DNA of 64,000 bases from NCBI GenBank assembly GCA_963740655.1, contig CAVUFF010000011.1:502834-566833 (forward strand), in the 5' to 3' direction. Shown here piece after piece: positions 46,265 through 55,553 of this stretch. Position 1 is the first letter of the stretch. Each line of letters begins with the position of its first letter. Both the position numbers and the translations under genes were made by a program. This DNA comes from an uncultured Acidobacteriota bacterium (lineage in GTDB: Bacteria > Acidobacteriota > Vicinamibacteria > Fen-336). The notes beneath the pieces were generated by a model. That model worked only from the letters and a program-made list of their open reading frames with translations. It was not told where the DNA came from and did not search any database.

Positions 46265-47902
46265 GTGGGCGTCCGCTCCCACGCGCCGGCGCCGCCGCCC
46301 CGTGCCAGGCCGCGCGGGCCGGGCCTCATGGCGGGGCTCGTGGTCGTGGTCCCGGCGTTCCTGCTGCTCGCGGCGAACGGCCGCACGCTGCCGGCGCCGC
46401 CGCTGTCCTGGGCCGCCTCGCTCCTGCTCTCGGCCGCGCTCGCGCTCGCCGGTCTGGTGCTCGAGGTCGACGCGACCGGCGCCGCGCTCGTCGGCAAGCT
46501 GCTGGCCGCGCTCGTCGCCGCGCTCGCGGCCGGAGCGCTCTTCGCCGCCGTCGCCCGCCGCCACGGCGCGGCCGAAGGGCGCTGGGCCGGCTTCGCGCTC
46601 GCGCTGGGCACGACGCTCGCCGGCGCCGCTCAGGCCTGGTCGGGCGAGGCCGCCGCGACGGCGGCGGTGGCAGTCGCGCTGCTGCTGCTGGTGCGCGCCG
46701 AGGAGGAGCAGCGCGCCATGCCGGCCGCGCTCGCGGGGCTGCCGCTCGGGCTCGCCGTCGCGCTCCAGCCGAGCGCGGGCCTTCTCGCGCTCGTGCTGGC
46801 GCTGGCCGTGGTCGTTCGCTGGCGCCTCGCCGGCCTCGCGGTGCTGGCCTGGGCGCTGCCGGGGGGGCTCGCGGCGCTCGGCTCGCTCGCGGCGGCGCCG
46901 CTGCCGCTCGCCGCGGGCGCTGCGGGGCCTCGCGTTGCCGAGGAGGCGCTCGCGCTCCTCGCGTCGCCGGCGAAGGGGATGCTGGTCTTCGCGCCCGTGG
47001 GGCTGGCCGGCCTCGCCGGCCTGCTGCGCGCACTGCGCGTGAGGACGCCGCGGCTGTGGGACCAGGCCGCGCCGACCAAGCTGCTGCCGATCGCGTGCCT
47101 GCTGGCCGCGCTGGCTCACGTCGCCTGGCTCGCTCTGGCCGGCGGCTGGAGCCAGGGCCCCTTCTGGGGGCCGCGGCTCGTGGCGCCGCTCTGGCCGCTG
47201 CTGCTGCTGTTCCTGCCCGAAGGCTTCGCGTTGCTGCGCCTGGCCGCGTCGCTCCTGGTCCTGGCCTCGGTGGGCGTCCAGGCGCTGGGCCTGCTGAGCT
47301 ACGACGGCCGCTGGGACAAGCTCCAGGCGGCGGCTTCGCCCGCGCGCGCTCTGTCGGCGTGGGACTTCCGGACGAGCCCGATCGCCTTCTACGCACGCGA
47401 CCCCGCGGCCCGCATCGCCCTGCCGGCGCTCGAAGGCCGGCGCTTGACGAGCCGCGAGCGCACGTTCGCGCCGCGGGGCGGTGCCGGCTCGTTCGTCTCG
47501 TTCGCGAAGCTCCCTCCCACCCCGACCGGTGCCGACCAGACCTTCGACTCTCTGCGCTTCGACGGCGGCGCCCGTTTCGAGGCGGACGGGCTCGTGCTGG
47601 CGGCCGCGGGCGACGGGCTGGGCTTCCGCGTGCGCGAGGGCGCGCGGCCACGCCGGCTCGAGGTCCGGGTCGCAGGCCACGGCACCGGCGTCGTCGGCCT
47701 CGGCGAGAGCGGCTCGGGCGCCGGCACGCGCTGGCGCGACTCGAGCGTGGGCGGCGCCTTCAGGCTGCGCCTGCCCTACCTTTTCGCGGAGTCCGGCGGT
47801 CCCGACCTGCGCCTCGTGCTGCGCTCGGGCGGCCCCGTGCGCATCGACTCGCTCGCGCTCGTGCCGCCGACCGAGCCCGAGAACGTGCTGCGGCTGCCCT
47901 AG
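46265..47902 (+). CDS. Polytopic inner-membrane protein with ~12 Ala/Leu-rich TM helices and a C-terminal soluble domain
   Basis: Repeated hydrophobic segments through ~350 aa, then a non-membrane C-terminal region. Any glycosyltransferase-C-like assignment is speculative. Confidence 0.45.
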   Translation: MGVRSHAPAPPPRARPRGPGLMAGLVVVVPAFLLLAANGRTLPAPPLSWAASLLLSAALALAGLVLEVDATGAALVGKLLAALVAALAAGALFAAVARRHGAAEGRWAGFALALGTTLAGAAQAWSGEAAATAAVAVALLLLVRAEEEQRAMPAALAGLPLGLAVALQPSAGLLALVLALAVVVRWRLAGLAVLAWALPGGLAALGSLAAAPLPLAAGAAGPRVAEEALALLASPAKGMLVFAPVGLAGLAGLLRALRVRTPRLWDQAAPTKLLPIACLLAALAHVAWLALAGGWSQGPFWGPRLVAPLWPLLLLFLPEGFALLRLAASLLVLASVGVQALGLLSYDGRWDKLQAAASPARALSAWDFRTSPIAFYARDPAARIALPALEGRRLTSRERTFAPRGGAGSFVSFAKLPPTPTGADQTFDSLRFDGGARFEADGLVLAAAGDGLGFRVREGARPRRLEVRVAGHGTGVVGLGESGSGAGTRWRDSSVGGAFRLRLPYLFAESGGPDLRLVLRSGGPVRIDSLALVPPTEPENVLRLP

Positions 47903-47955
47903 GTCGCGATCTCTCTCCGGGGGCGCTGCGCCGCGGTGGTAGGATCGCGAGCGTC

Positions 47956-49098
47956 ATGAAGAATCCAGACGGCCGTCGCGCCTTCCTCCGCACCTCGCTC
48001 CGCGGCGTCGCGCTATCGACGCTCGCGGCCGGGCGTCCCGCCAGCGCGTCCGCGCAGGAGCCGGCCGCCGCGCCGAAGCCCGCGCGGATCCGCTTCGCGG
48101 CGATCGGGCTCAATCACGGCCACATCAACGGCCAGACCGAGGCCGTGATCCGCGGAGGCGGCGAGCTCGCCTCCTTCCACGCGCCCGAGGACGACCTCGC
48201 GGCCGCTTTCCAGAAGCGCTTCCCGCAGGCGAAGCGGGCGCGCGAGGAGCGCGAGATCCTCGAGGACGCGGGGATCAAGCTCGTGGTGAGCGCGGCGATC
48301 GCCAGCGAGCGCGCGCCGCTCGGCGTCCGCGTGATGCGCCACGGCAAGGACTTCATGGCCGACAAGCCGGGCATCACGACACTCGAGCAGCTCGCCGAGG
48401 TGCGCAAGGTGCAGGCCGAGACGAAGCGCATCTACTCGATCTGCTACAGCGAGCGGCTCGAGAACAAGGCGACCGTGCGGGCGGGAGAGCTCGTGAAGGC
48501 GGGGGCGATCGGCCAGGTGATCCAGACGATCGGCCTCGGACCGCACCGCATGAACCCGTCCACCCGACCGCCCTGGTTCTTCGAGCGCGAGAAGTACGGC
48601 GGCATCCTGTGCGACATCGCGTCGCACCAGTTCGACCAGTACCTGTTCTTCACGGGCTCGACGAAAGCGGAGGTGGTGGCGGCGCAGGTGGCGAACGTGC
48701 GCCACCCGCAGTACCCGGGGCTCGAGGACTTCGGCGACGTCATGCTGCGCGGCGACAAGGGCGCGGGCTACATCCGCGTCGACTGGTTCACGCCCGACGG
48801 GCTCGCGACCTGGGGCGACGGCCGGCTCACGATCCTGGGGACGGACGGCTTCATCGAGATCCGCAAGAACATCGACCTCGGCGGGCCGCGCCAGGGCGGC
48901 AGCCACCTGTTCCTGGTGGACGGCAAGCAGACGCGCTACGTCGACTGCAAGGACCAGCCGCTGCCCTACGGGACGCAGCTCGTCGACGACGTGCTCCACC
49001 GGACCGAGACCGCGATGCCGCAGGAGCACTGCTTCCACGCGATGGAGCTGGCGCTCGTCGCCCAGAAGCAGGCGCAGCGCGTGCGCTTCGAGGCCTGA
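47956..49098 (+). CDS. Gfo/Idh/MocA-family oxidoreductase with a Tat signal peptide
   Basis: RRAFLRTSL twin-Arg motif. IRFAAIGLNHGHI Rossmann start. EKP-like family core. Confidence 0.8.
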   Translation: MKNPDGRRAFLRTSLRGVALSTLAAGRPASASAQEPAAAPKPARIRFAAIGLNHGHINGQTEAVIRGGGELASFHAPEDDLAAAFQKRFPQAKRAREEREILEDAGIKLVVSAAIASERAPLGVRVMRHGKDFMADKPGITTLEQLAEVRKVQAETKRIYSICYSERLENKATVRAGELVKAGAIGQVIQTIGLGPHRMNPSTRPPWFFEREKYGGILCDIASHQFDQYLFFTGSTKAEVVAAQVANVRHPQYPGLEDFGDVMLRGDKGAGYIRVDWFTPDGLATWGDGRLTILGTDGFIEIRKNIDLGGPRQGGSHLFLVDGKQTRYVDCKDQPLPYGTQLVDDVLHRTETAMPQEHCFHAMELALVAQKQAQRVRFEA

Positions 49099-49110
49099 GC
49101 GCCGGGCGGC

Positions 49111-50805
49111 TCAGCTGATCGCGAGGCCGGCCTTGTCGAGGCCGTCCAGGATCGTCTCGAGAAGCTCCGGCGACTTGATGTAGCGGCCGATCAGCACGCC
49201 CCCGCGCCGCGCGAAGTCGGGCTTCTTGCGGAGCAGCTCGGCCCGTTCCTGCTTCGCCTCCGCGCGACGCCCCAGATGGCCGAGGCAGCACGCCCGCATC
49301 AGCGCGCGCCAGAAGAAGGTGGCGTCCCCATAGCGCTGCGCCGCCTCGTGAGCCTCCTCGAACTCGCCCCGGTGCAGGTGGTCGGCCCAGATCGCGTGCA
49401 GCGCCACCGGAATGTGATGGGGGTTCCTGGCCATCGCGCGCCGGACGATGGCCGGCCCCCGCTTCCAGTCGCCGAGCATCGTCATCAGCCAGCCGATCCA
49501 CTCGAGGTACGTGAGCGAGTCCGGGTTGATCTCGTACGCCTTCTCGGTCTCGGTGCGGGCGATCTCGAGCTCGCCCTTGATCAGGAACGCCCCGGCCAGC
49601 ACGGCCCGCGCGCGCTGGCTGGACGGATCGAGGCGCACGGCGTGCTGCGCGTAGCCGATCGCCGCGTCGATCGGGGTCTCGGCCTCGGCGATCTCGAAGG
49701 CGTAGTTCGCGCTGTAGAGCCGCGCGAGCTGCACCCAGGCCAGCGCGCACTCGGGCCGCTCTCGGACCGTACGCTGCAAGGCGGCTACGGCCGCATCGAA
49801 ATCGCGCGGGTCCCGGTTGAAGAAGAACTGGTACGAGCGGAGGATCGCCCCGTAGGGGGTCGTCGCCCCGTCGTCGCTTTGCGTCCTTTGGTCCGCCCAC
49901 AGCCGCTGCGCGACGACGCCTTGCTCGGAGGCGATCCGCGCGGCGATCACGCGGGCCGTCTCCTCGAAGAAGTCGGCCGAGCCCGCCTCGCCGCGGTAGT
50001 CCTCCGCCCAGATCTGGCTCGCGTCGCGACTGTCGACGAGCCGCACGCTCACGCGCGGGCCGTGCGCACCGCGCGAGACGTGCCCGGACAGCGCGAAGTC
50101 GCCCCCCTGCGTGCGGCCGAGCTCATCCAGCTCCCGCCGGTGCACGACGTGCACGTCGCCGTAGCGGCCGACCTCCACGCAGAGAGTGTCCTTGAGTCGC
50201 TCGGCGGCGTCGCCGACGGCCGTCTCGCTGTCGTGCTCGAAGGGGTTCATGACGACCAGCGGCCAGCCGTCCGTGGCCCCGGATTGGCGCCCGAGCGACG
50301 CCTCGGTGTTTCGCCCGTCGCCGTTGCGCAGCGAACGCAGGGTCGGCACGTAGGTGCCCCGCGACAGCTCGATGCGCACCGAGTCGCTTCCACCGGAAAG
50401 CAGATAGTAGCGTTCGAGCGAGCGGCGCAGTCGCCCCGCCTGGATCCGCACGATCGGGTCGACGGTCGGGTCGAAGTCCTCCCGCCTCCCGAAGACGCGC
50501 GTCGCGATCGTCGCCTGCGTGAGCCCCTCGCCGCGGCCGGCGAGCGCCTCCTCGATGATGAAGCGCACGAAGTCGCGCGAGCGCGGAGACGCGTCGAAGT
50601 CGTCGCTCGCGAGAATCCTCTCGAGCTGTTCGAGGACAGCGTCGTCCTCGGGGCGGACTTCCCCCTGCTCCGTGCGCGGGAGCTGTTGCACCGGCGACCC
50701 CTTCCCCAACGGCATCACCTTCAGAAGGCCCCGACTGGACGTCTTGCCTTTAAGACCCAAGACCCTAGCAGAGGGACCATGAAACGTAAAGGAGTGATAC
50801 TGCAA
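49111..50805 (-). CDS. Transcriptional regulator: CadC/OmpR-type winged-helix DNA-binding domain plus TPR-like helical repeats
   Basis: LTQATIATRVFGRREDFDPTVDPIVRIQAGRLRRSLERYY (wHTH recognition and wing region). C-terminal alpha-helical repeats. The start may be the internal ATG at ~50715. Confidence 0.55.
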   Translation of the reverse strand: MQYHSFTFHGPSARVLGLKGKTSSRGLLKVMPLGKGSPVQQLPRTEQGEVRPEDDAVLEQLERILASDDFDASPRSRDFVRFIIEEALAGRGEGLTQATIATRVFGRREDFDPTVDPIVRIQAGRLRRSLERYYLLSGGSDSVRIELSRGTYVPTLRSLRNGDGRNTEASLGRQSGATDGWPLVVMNPFEHDSETAVGDAAERLKDTLCVEVGRYGDVHVVHRRELDELGRTQGGDFALSGHVSRGAHGPRVSVRLVDSRDASQIWAEDYRGEAGSADFFEETARVIAARIASEQGVVAQRLWADQRTQSDDGATTPYGAILRSYQFFFNRDPRDFDAAVAALQRTVRERPECALAWVQLARLYSANYAFEIAEAETPIDAAIGYAQHAVRLDPSSQRARAVLAGAFLIKGELEIARTETEKAYEINPDSLTYLEWIGWLMTMLGDWKRGPAIVRRAMARNPHHIPVALHAIWADHLHRGEFEEAHEAAQRYGDATFFWRALMRACCLGHLGRRAEAKQERAELLRKKPDFARRGGVLIGRYIKSPELLETILDGLDKAGLAIS

Positions 50806-50907
50806 ACAGATGTGATACGGGATACGCGCCTCAATGGGCTCAGCGACTTGCGGGGCGGCGTCGGGACGACGGTGACCGCAGCAGGCTGAAACGGCGGCGA
50901 CGGTCGG

Positions 50908-51729
50908 CTAGCGCTGCATCTCCACGAGCAGGTCGCTCTTCTGGCCCCTCGCGATTTCCACCTCGCGGTGCTCGGTCACGTAGCCCGGGCGCACGAGCTC
51001 GATCGTGTGATGGCCGGGAGCGAGCGACAGGCCCCGGGTCTCGCGCGCGGTCCCGCGGAACTGGTCGTCGACGTAGACCGACGTGTCCTCGGGCCGGACC
51101 TCGAGCCGCAGCGAGCCACCCGACCCCTCGCGCGGCGGGGGCGCGTAGCGCTCGCCGTCCTGCTGCGGGGGAGGCGCCTGCTCTTCGCCGTAGTCCGATG
51201 CGGGCGGCGCCGAGTACTCCATCGAGGCGCTTGGGGCGTACCCGTACGAGGCGCCGGGGGCGTACGCGTATCCCGCGCCGTAGTACGGCGCCGAATAGGA
51301 GTAGGGCCATCCCCAGCCGAAGGAAAGCCCGAAGGACGGATAACCGTAGTAGGCGTACGGGTAGTAATAGGGGTAGTAGCCGCGAGAGTAGGGATAGTAG
51401 CCGCGCCCGTAGTACCCGGAATGCCCGTGCCCGTAGTAGCCGCCGCCGTGGTAGTGCCCGTAGCCCGTGCCGGCCTGCGGATGGCGCCCTCCCGCGACGC
51501 CGCCGCCGTGGTAGCCGCCGCCCGTGCGGGCAACGGCGTGTCCGCCGCTGTAGCCACCGTGCCAGCCGCCGCCACTACCGCCGTGCCCGCCGCTGCCACC
51601 ACCGCCATGCCAGCCGCCGCCACCACCGCCATGCCCACCTCCGCCTCGGTGCTGGGCCAGGACAGGCTGACTCGTGAGCGCCAGAGCGAAAGAAAGGGCC
51701 AGGGGAACTGCGAACCGCTTCACCGTCAT
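50908..51729 (-). CDS. Secreted His/Gly/Tyr-rich protein with a C-terminal PEGA domain; paralog of 30757-31791
   Basis: ATG at 51729 with a GAGGAGG ribosome-binding site. Signal peptide. HRGGGGHGGGGGGWHGGGGSGGHGGSGGGWHGG. YYGHGHSGYYGRGYYPYSRGYYPYYYPYAYYGYP. PEGA (LRLEVRPEDTSVYVDDQFRGT...GHHTIEL). Confidence 0.75.
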   Translation of the reverse strand: MTVKRFAVPLALSFALALTSQPVLAQHRGGGGHGGGGGGWHGGGGSGGHGGSGGGWHGGYSGGHAVARTGGGYHGGGVAGGRHPQAGTGYGHYHGGGYYGHGHSGYYGRGYYPYSRGYYPYYYPYAYYGYPSFGLSFGWGWPYSYSAPYYGAGYAYAPGASYGYAPSASMEYSAPPASDYGEEQAPPPQQDGERYAPPPREGSGGSLRLEVRPEDTSVYVDDQFRGTARETRGLSLAPGHHTIELVRPGYVTEHREVEIARGQKSDLLVEMQR

Positions 51730-51883
51730 GGGGCCCTCCTCGACACGAGGAGCATAACGAGACGTCTCGGTCCGACGCAAGCTTCTCGCGCAGTGGCACT
51801 TGTAAAAAGGCGGCCCACGCGCGTTCGACAACGCATCCGCTAGACTCGTCCGGGGGCTCGGAAGCGAGCGGGGAGGGTTCGGC

Positions 51884-54262
51884 TTGGCGTCAAGGTTGTC
51901 GTGGATGCGGCTGTGCCGGCTCGTGTCGGTCCTCGCCGCTTGGCTCGGCGCTGCCGCGGCTCTCGACGCCCAGACGGGAGGGCGGATCACGGGCCGCGTG
52001 CTCGACTCGACGGGAGCGCCGCTCGGGAACGCCACGGTGGCGCTCGCCGGAGCCCGCCCGGGCCGCGCGACCACCGCCGCCGACGGCAGCTTCTCGATCG
52101 CGGGCCTGCCCGACGGCGAGTACGAGCTTACGGCTGCGCTCGTCGGCTTCGCTCCGTCGACGAGCCGCGTCCGGCTCGTGGACGGAGTCGCTCAGCCGGT
52201 GGTGCTCAGGCTCGGTGTGCTGGCGTTCGACAGCGTCGTCGTCACGGCGGCGAAGACGGGAGAGCGCCCGCTCCAGGCGACGCCGCTCGCGGTGAGCGTG
52301 AGGTCGGGCTCGGAGCTGCTGCGCGCGGGCGCGCAGAGCGTCGAAGAACTGGCCGGACTCGCGCCCTCGCTCACCTTCTCGCAGAACACGGGCTTCGCGC
52401 AGCTCACGATCCGGGGCATCGGCACGAACGCCGTCTTCGCGGGCTCCGACCCGAGCTCGGCCGTCTACCTGGACGGCGTCTACCTCGCGCGGCCGGCGAT
52501 GGTGCTCGCGGACTTCCTCGACCTCGAACGCGTCGAGGTGCTGCGCGGGCCGCAGGGCACGCTCTACGGCAGGAACGCGGTCGGCGGCGCGCTCAACGTG
52601 ATCACGAGGACGCCGGCCGACGCCGTCGATGCCGAGGCGCGGCTCGCCGCCGGGAACCTCGACACGCTGCGGGCCGCGGCGCAGGTGAGCGGACCGCTCG
52701 TCGCGGGGAAGCTGCGCGGCAGCGCGGCGCTGCTGCGCGGCGTCGAGCAGGGCTACGTTCGAGATCTCGACCACCCCGACCACCCGCTCGGCGGGGAGGA
52801 CGTCACGGCCGGGCGCGCCAAGCTGCAGCTGCTTCCCGGCACCCGCTCCGAGCTCCTCGTCTCGGGCGACGTCACGCTCCGCGATCCGACGCCGCTCACC
52901 TACTCGAAGGTGCTCGCGGTGAAGCCGGGCTTCGTAGTCGACAACCCGCAAGATCCCCGCGAGGTGCGGACTTCCACGCTCGCGTCGAGCCGCAACCTCC
53001 AGTGGGGAACGGCCGCGCGCTACAGCCTGCGCCTCGCGCCGGACACGGTGCTCACCAGCCTGACGGCGTTCCGCGAGCTCGACTACGAGCTCGTTTCGGA
53101 CACCGACGTCACCGAGCTCGAGCTCACGGTTGCGCGCATCCACGAGCGACAGCACCAGTGGTCGGAAGAGCTGACGCTGGCGCACGACCGCAGCGGCCGC
53201 TCCTGGGTCGCCGGCATCTTCCTGCTCGACGAGCTCGACCGCCAGCCGACCACGGTGCTCCTGGGCGGGCCGCGGCTCGACAACCTTCTCGATCCGAGTG
53301 TTGAGGCTCGCTCGAGCGCAGCCTTCGGGCAGGGCACGCTGGCGCTCACGCGCCGCCTCTCCGCGACACTTGGCCTGCGCTACACGCACGAGCGCAAGGC
53401 GATCGACAACGCGGGACAGGCCTACACCCAGGACGTGCCGGCCGAGCTCGTCGCAGGCAGCGCGTACTCGTACTCCGACGCGATTTCCCACGACGCCTGG
53501 ACCCCGAAGCTCGGCGTCGAGTGGAAGCTCGGCGAGCGCGCCCTCGCCTATGCCTCCGCGACGCGCGGCTTCAAGAGCGGCGGGTTCAACATCTCGTCGC
53601 GCGAGCCCGGCCGCGGCTACGCGCCCGAGTGGGCCTGGAGCTACGAGGCGGGGTGGAAGGCGACGGTCGCGGGCGGCCGCGCGGGCTACGACCTCGCGGC
53701 CTTCCACACCGACTACACAGACCTGCAGGTCCAGCTGACGATCCGGCCCGGCGTGATCGACATCTCGAACGCCGCGGCCGCATCGCTCTCCGGCTTCGAG
53801 GCCGAGGCGTGGTGGCAGCCGTCGGGCGGCCTGCGCGCGGGCGGGCACGTGGCGTGGCTCGACGCGACCTACGAACGATACGTCGCCGTCGGCACGAGCG
53901 GAGTGACGGGCGACGTCTCGGGCAACCGGCTGAGCAACGCGCCCGAGTGGTCGGGACGGCTCTGGCTCGAGTGGAGCGCGCGGGCCGGACGCCTGGGCGC
54001 GCTGAGCCTGCGCGCCGAGGCGCGAGCCCAGAGCACGGTCTACTTCACCGCGTTCAACGACGACGTCCAGCGGCAGCTGCCCTACGGCCTCCTCGACGCG
54101 AGCGCGCGGCTCGAGCGCCGCCACTGGTCGCTCGACGTCTACGGACGCAACCTGACGAACGGGGCCTACATCACCGGCAGCTTCGGCTCGCCGCCGCCCG
54201 CGATCGGCGGGCGGCCGGCGCCGCCCCGCGAGTGGGGCCTGCGCGTGACGCTCCGGCGATAG
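51884..54262 (+). CDS. TonB-dependent outer-membrane receptor with an N-terminal carboxypeptidase-regulatory-like domain
   Basis: Signal peptide. CarbopepD_reg_2-like (GRITGRVLDSTGAPLGNATVAL...GEYELTA). Plug (LRGPQGTLYGRNAVGGALNV). Long beta-barrel region. Confidence 0.75.
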   Translation: MASRLSWMRLCRLVSVLAAWLGAAAALDAQTGGRITGRVLDSTGAPLGNATVALAGARPGRATTAADGSFSIAGLPDGEYELTAALVGFAPSTSRVRLVDGVAQPVVLRLGVLAFDSVVVTAAKTGERPLQATPLAVSVRSGSELLRAGAQSVEELAGLAPSLTFSQNTGFAQLTIRGIGTNAVFAGSDPSSAVYLDGVYLARPAMVLADFLDLERVEVLRGPQGTLYGRNAVGGALNVITRTPADAVDAEARLAAGNLDTLRAAAQVSGPLVAGKLRGSAALLRGVEQGYVRDLDHPDHPLGGEDVTAGRAKLQLLPGTRSELLVSGDVTLRDPTPLTYSKVLAVKPGFVVDNPQDPREVRTSTLASSRNLQWGTAARYSLRLAPDTVLTSLTAFRELDYELVSDTDVTELELTVARIHERQHQWSEELTLAHDRSGRSWVAGIFLLDELDRQPTTVLLGGPRLDNLLDPSVEARSSAAFGQGTLALTRRLSATLGLRYTHERKAIDNAGQAYTQDVPAELVAGSAYSYSDAISHDAWTPKLGVEWKLGERALAYASATRGFKSGGFNISSREPGRGYAPEWAWSYEAGWKATVAGGRAGYDLAAFHTDYTDLQVQLTIRPGVIDISNAAAASLSGFEAEAWWQPSGGLRAGGHVAWLDATYERYVAVGTSGVTGDVSGNRLSNAPEWSGRLWLEWSARAGRLGALSLRAEARAQSTVYFTAFNDDVQRQLPYGLLDASARLERRHWSLDVYGRNLTNGAYITGSFGSPPPAIGGRPAPPREWGLRVTLRR

Positions 54263-54274
54263 AATCCCCTCCCG

Positions 54275-55231
54275 ATGGCGACCGGATCCGGAAAGTACGA
54301 GCAGCTCCTCGCCCTCTGCAGCGGGCTGGCGCCTGCCACGACCGTCGTCGCCCACCCGTGCGAGGCCTCGGCTCTCTCGGGCGCGCTCGACGCGGCGCGG
54401 CTCGGGCTCATCCGACCGATCCTGGTGGGGCCGGCCGACAGGATCGGCGCGGTCGCCCGCGAGGCGGGCCTGTCGCTCGACGGCGTGCGCATCGTGGACG
54501 TGGAGCACAGCCACGCCGCCGCCACGCGCGCGGTGGAGCTGGTGCGCGCGGGCGAGGCGGAGCTCTTGATGAAGGGCAGCCTGCACACCGACGAGCTGAT
54601 GGCGGCGGTGGTGGCGAAGGACGTCGGGCTGCGCACGGCGCGCCGCATCAGCCACGCGTTCCTGATGGACGTGCCGACCTACCCGAAGGTGCTGATCATC
54701 ACCGACGGCGCGATCAACATCGCGCCGACGCTCGAGGACAAGGTCGACATCGTGCAGAACGCGATCGACCTCGCGCGCTCGCTCGACGTGGCTCTGCCGA
54801 AGGTGGCGATCCTGGCGGCGGTCGAGACGGTGAACTCGAAGATGCCCGCCACGATCGAGGCCGCGGCGCTTTGCAAGATGGCCGAGCGCGGCCAGATCAC
54901 CGGAGGGCTGCTCGACGGGCCGCTCGCCTTCGACAACGCCATCAGCCGCGACGCAGCGCGCACGAAGGGGATCCACTCGGAGGTCGCCGGCGATCCCGAC
55001 ATCCTGCTCGCGCCGGATCTCGAGGCCGGCAACATCCTCGCCAAGCAGCTGAGCTTCCTGGCCAACGCCGACAGCGCCGGCATCGTGCTGGGCGCGCGCG
55101 TGCCGATCATCCTGACGAGCCGCGCCGACAGCGTGCGCTCGCGCACGGCGAGCTGCGGCGTGGCGCTGCGGATGGTGCACGCGCGCCGCTCGGCGGCGCA
55201 ACGCCAGGCGGCGACAGGGTTGCGCGCCTGA
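54275..55231 (+). CDS. Phosphate acetyl/butyryl-transferase (Pta/Ptb family)
   Basis: HAFLMDVPTYPKVLIITDGAINIAP, AGNILAKQL and ILTSRADS motifs. Confidence 0.85.
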   Translation: MATGSGKYEQLLALCSGLAPATTVVAHPCEASALSGALDAARLGLIRPILVGPADRIGAVAREAGLSLDGVRIVDVEHSHAAATRAVELVRAGEAELLMKGSLHTDELMAAVVAKDVGLRTARRISHAFLMDVPTYPKVLIITDGAINIAPTLEDKVDIVQNAIDLARSLDVALPKVAILAAVETVNSKMPATIEAAALCKMAERGQITGGLLDGPLAFDNAISRDAARTKGIHSEVAGDPDILLAPDLEAGNILAKQLSFLANADSAGIVLGARVPIILTSRADSVRSRTASCGVALRMVHARRSAAQRQAATGLRA

Positions 55232-55370
55232 CGCAGTCCTGACCGACGGCGAGGCGAGGTCGTTCTGGCCCCTGTACGACGACTACGAGAAGCAGCGCCG
55301 CGCGATCGAGAACAGGCTCGACGCCGCCATCCACGCGGACGCCGCCCAGAAGATCCCGCTCGTCCCCTGA
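55230..55370 (+). pseudogene. C-terminal ~45-codon fragment of an LTXXQ-motif (Spy/CpxP-like) periplasmic protein; no start codon
   Basis: Frame reads AVLTDGEARSFWPLYDDYEKQRRAIENRLDAAIHADAAQKIPLVP*. Upstream in-frame sequence lies inside ptb. Confidence 0.3.
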
Positions 55371-55553
55371 TCCCACGGGGTGGATCGCGCCCGGTGCAAC
55401 GGTAACTTACCGCGGTGTTACTAGCGCCGGGGCCGGACTTCTGGTCATCCTCTGGGCCGTGCGCTAGAACGATGTCGCCGCTCGGGGCGCCGTTCGGTCC
55501 AGCCTGCGTCGCGGCCGCCGCGGCGGCGATCGAGGACTCTTCGGAGGACGCTG

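Noticed and set aside
45268-49098. 1276-aa ORF spanning mltG, the membrane-protein gene and the oxidoreductase
   Set aside because: It is a chance open frame. Only its last 380 codons (from ATG 47956) form a real Gfo/Idh/MocA gene. The same applies to 58750-62154 (only the DUF2254 part is real), 29494-31791 (only the PEGA part) and 36118-39441 (only the EnvC part).
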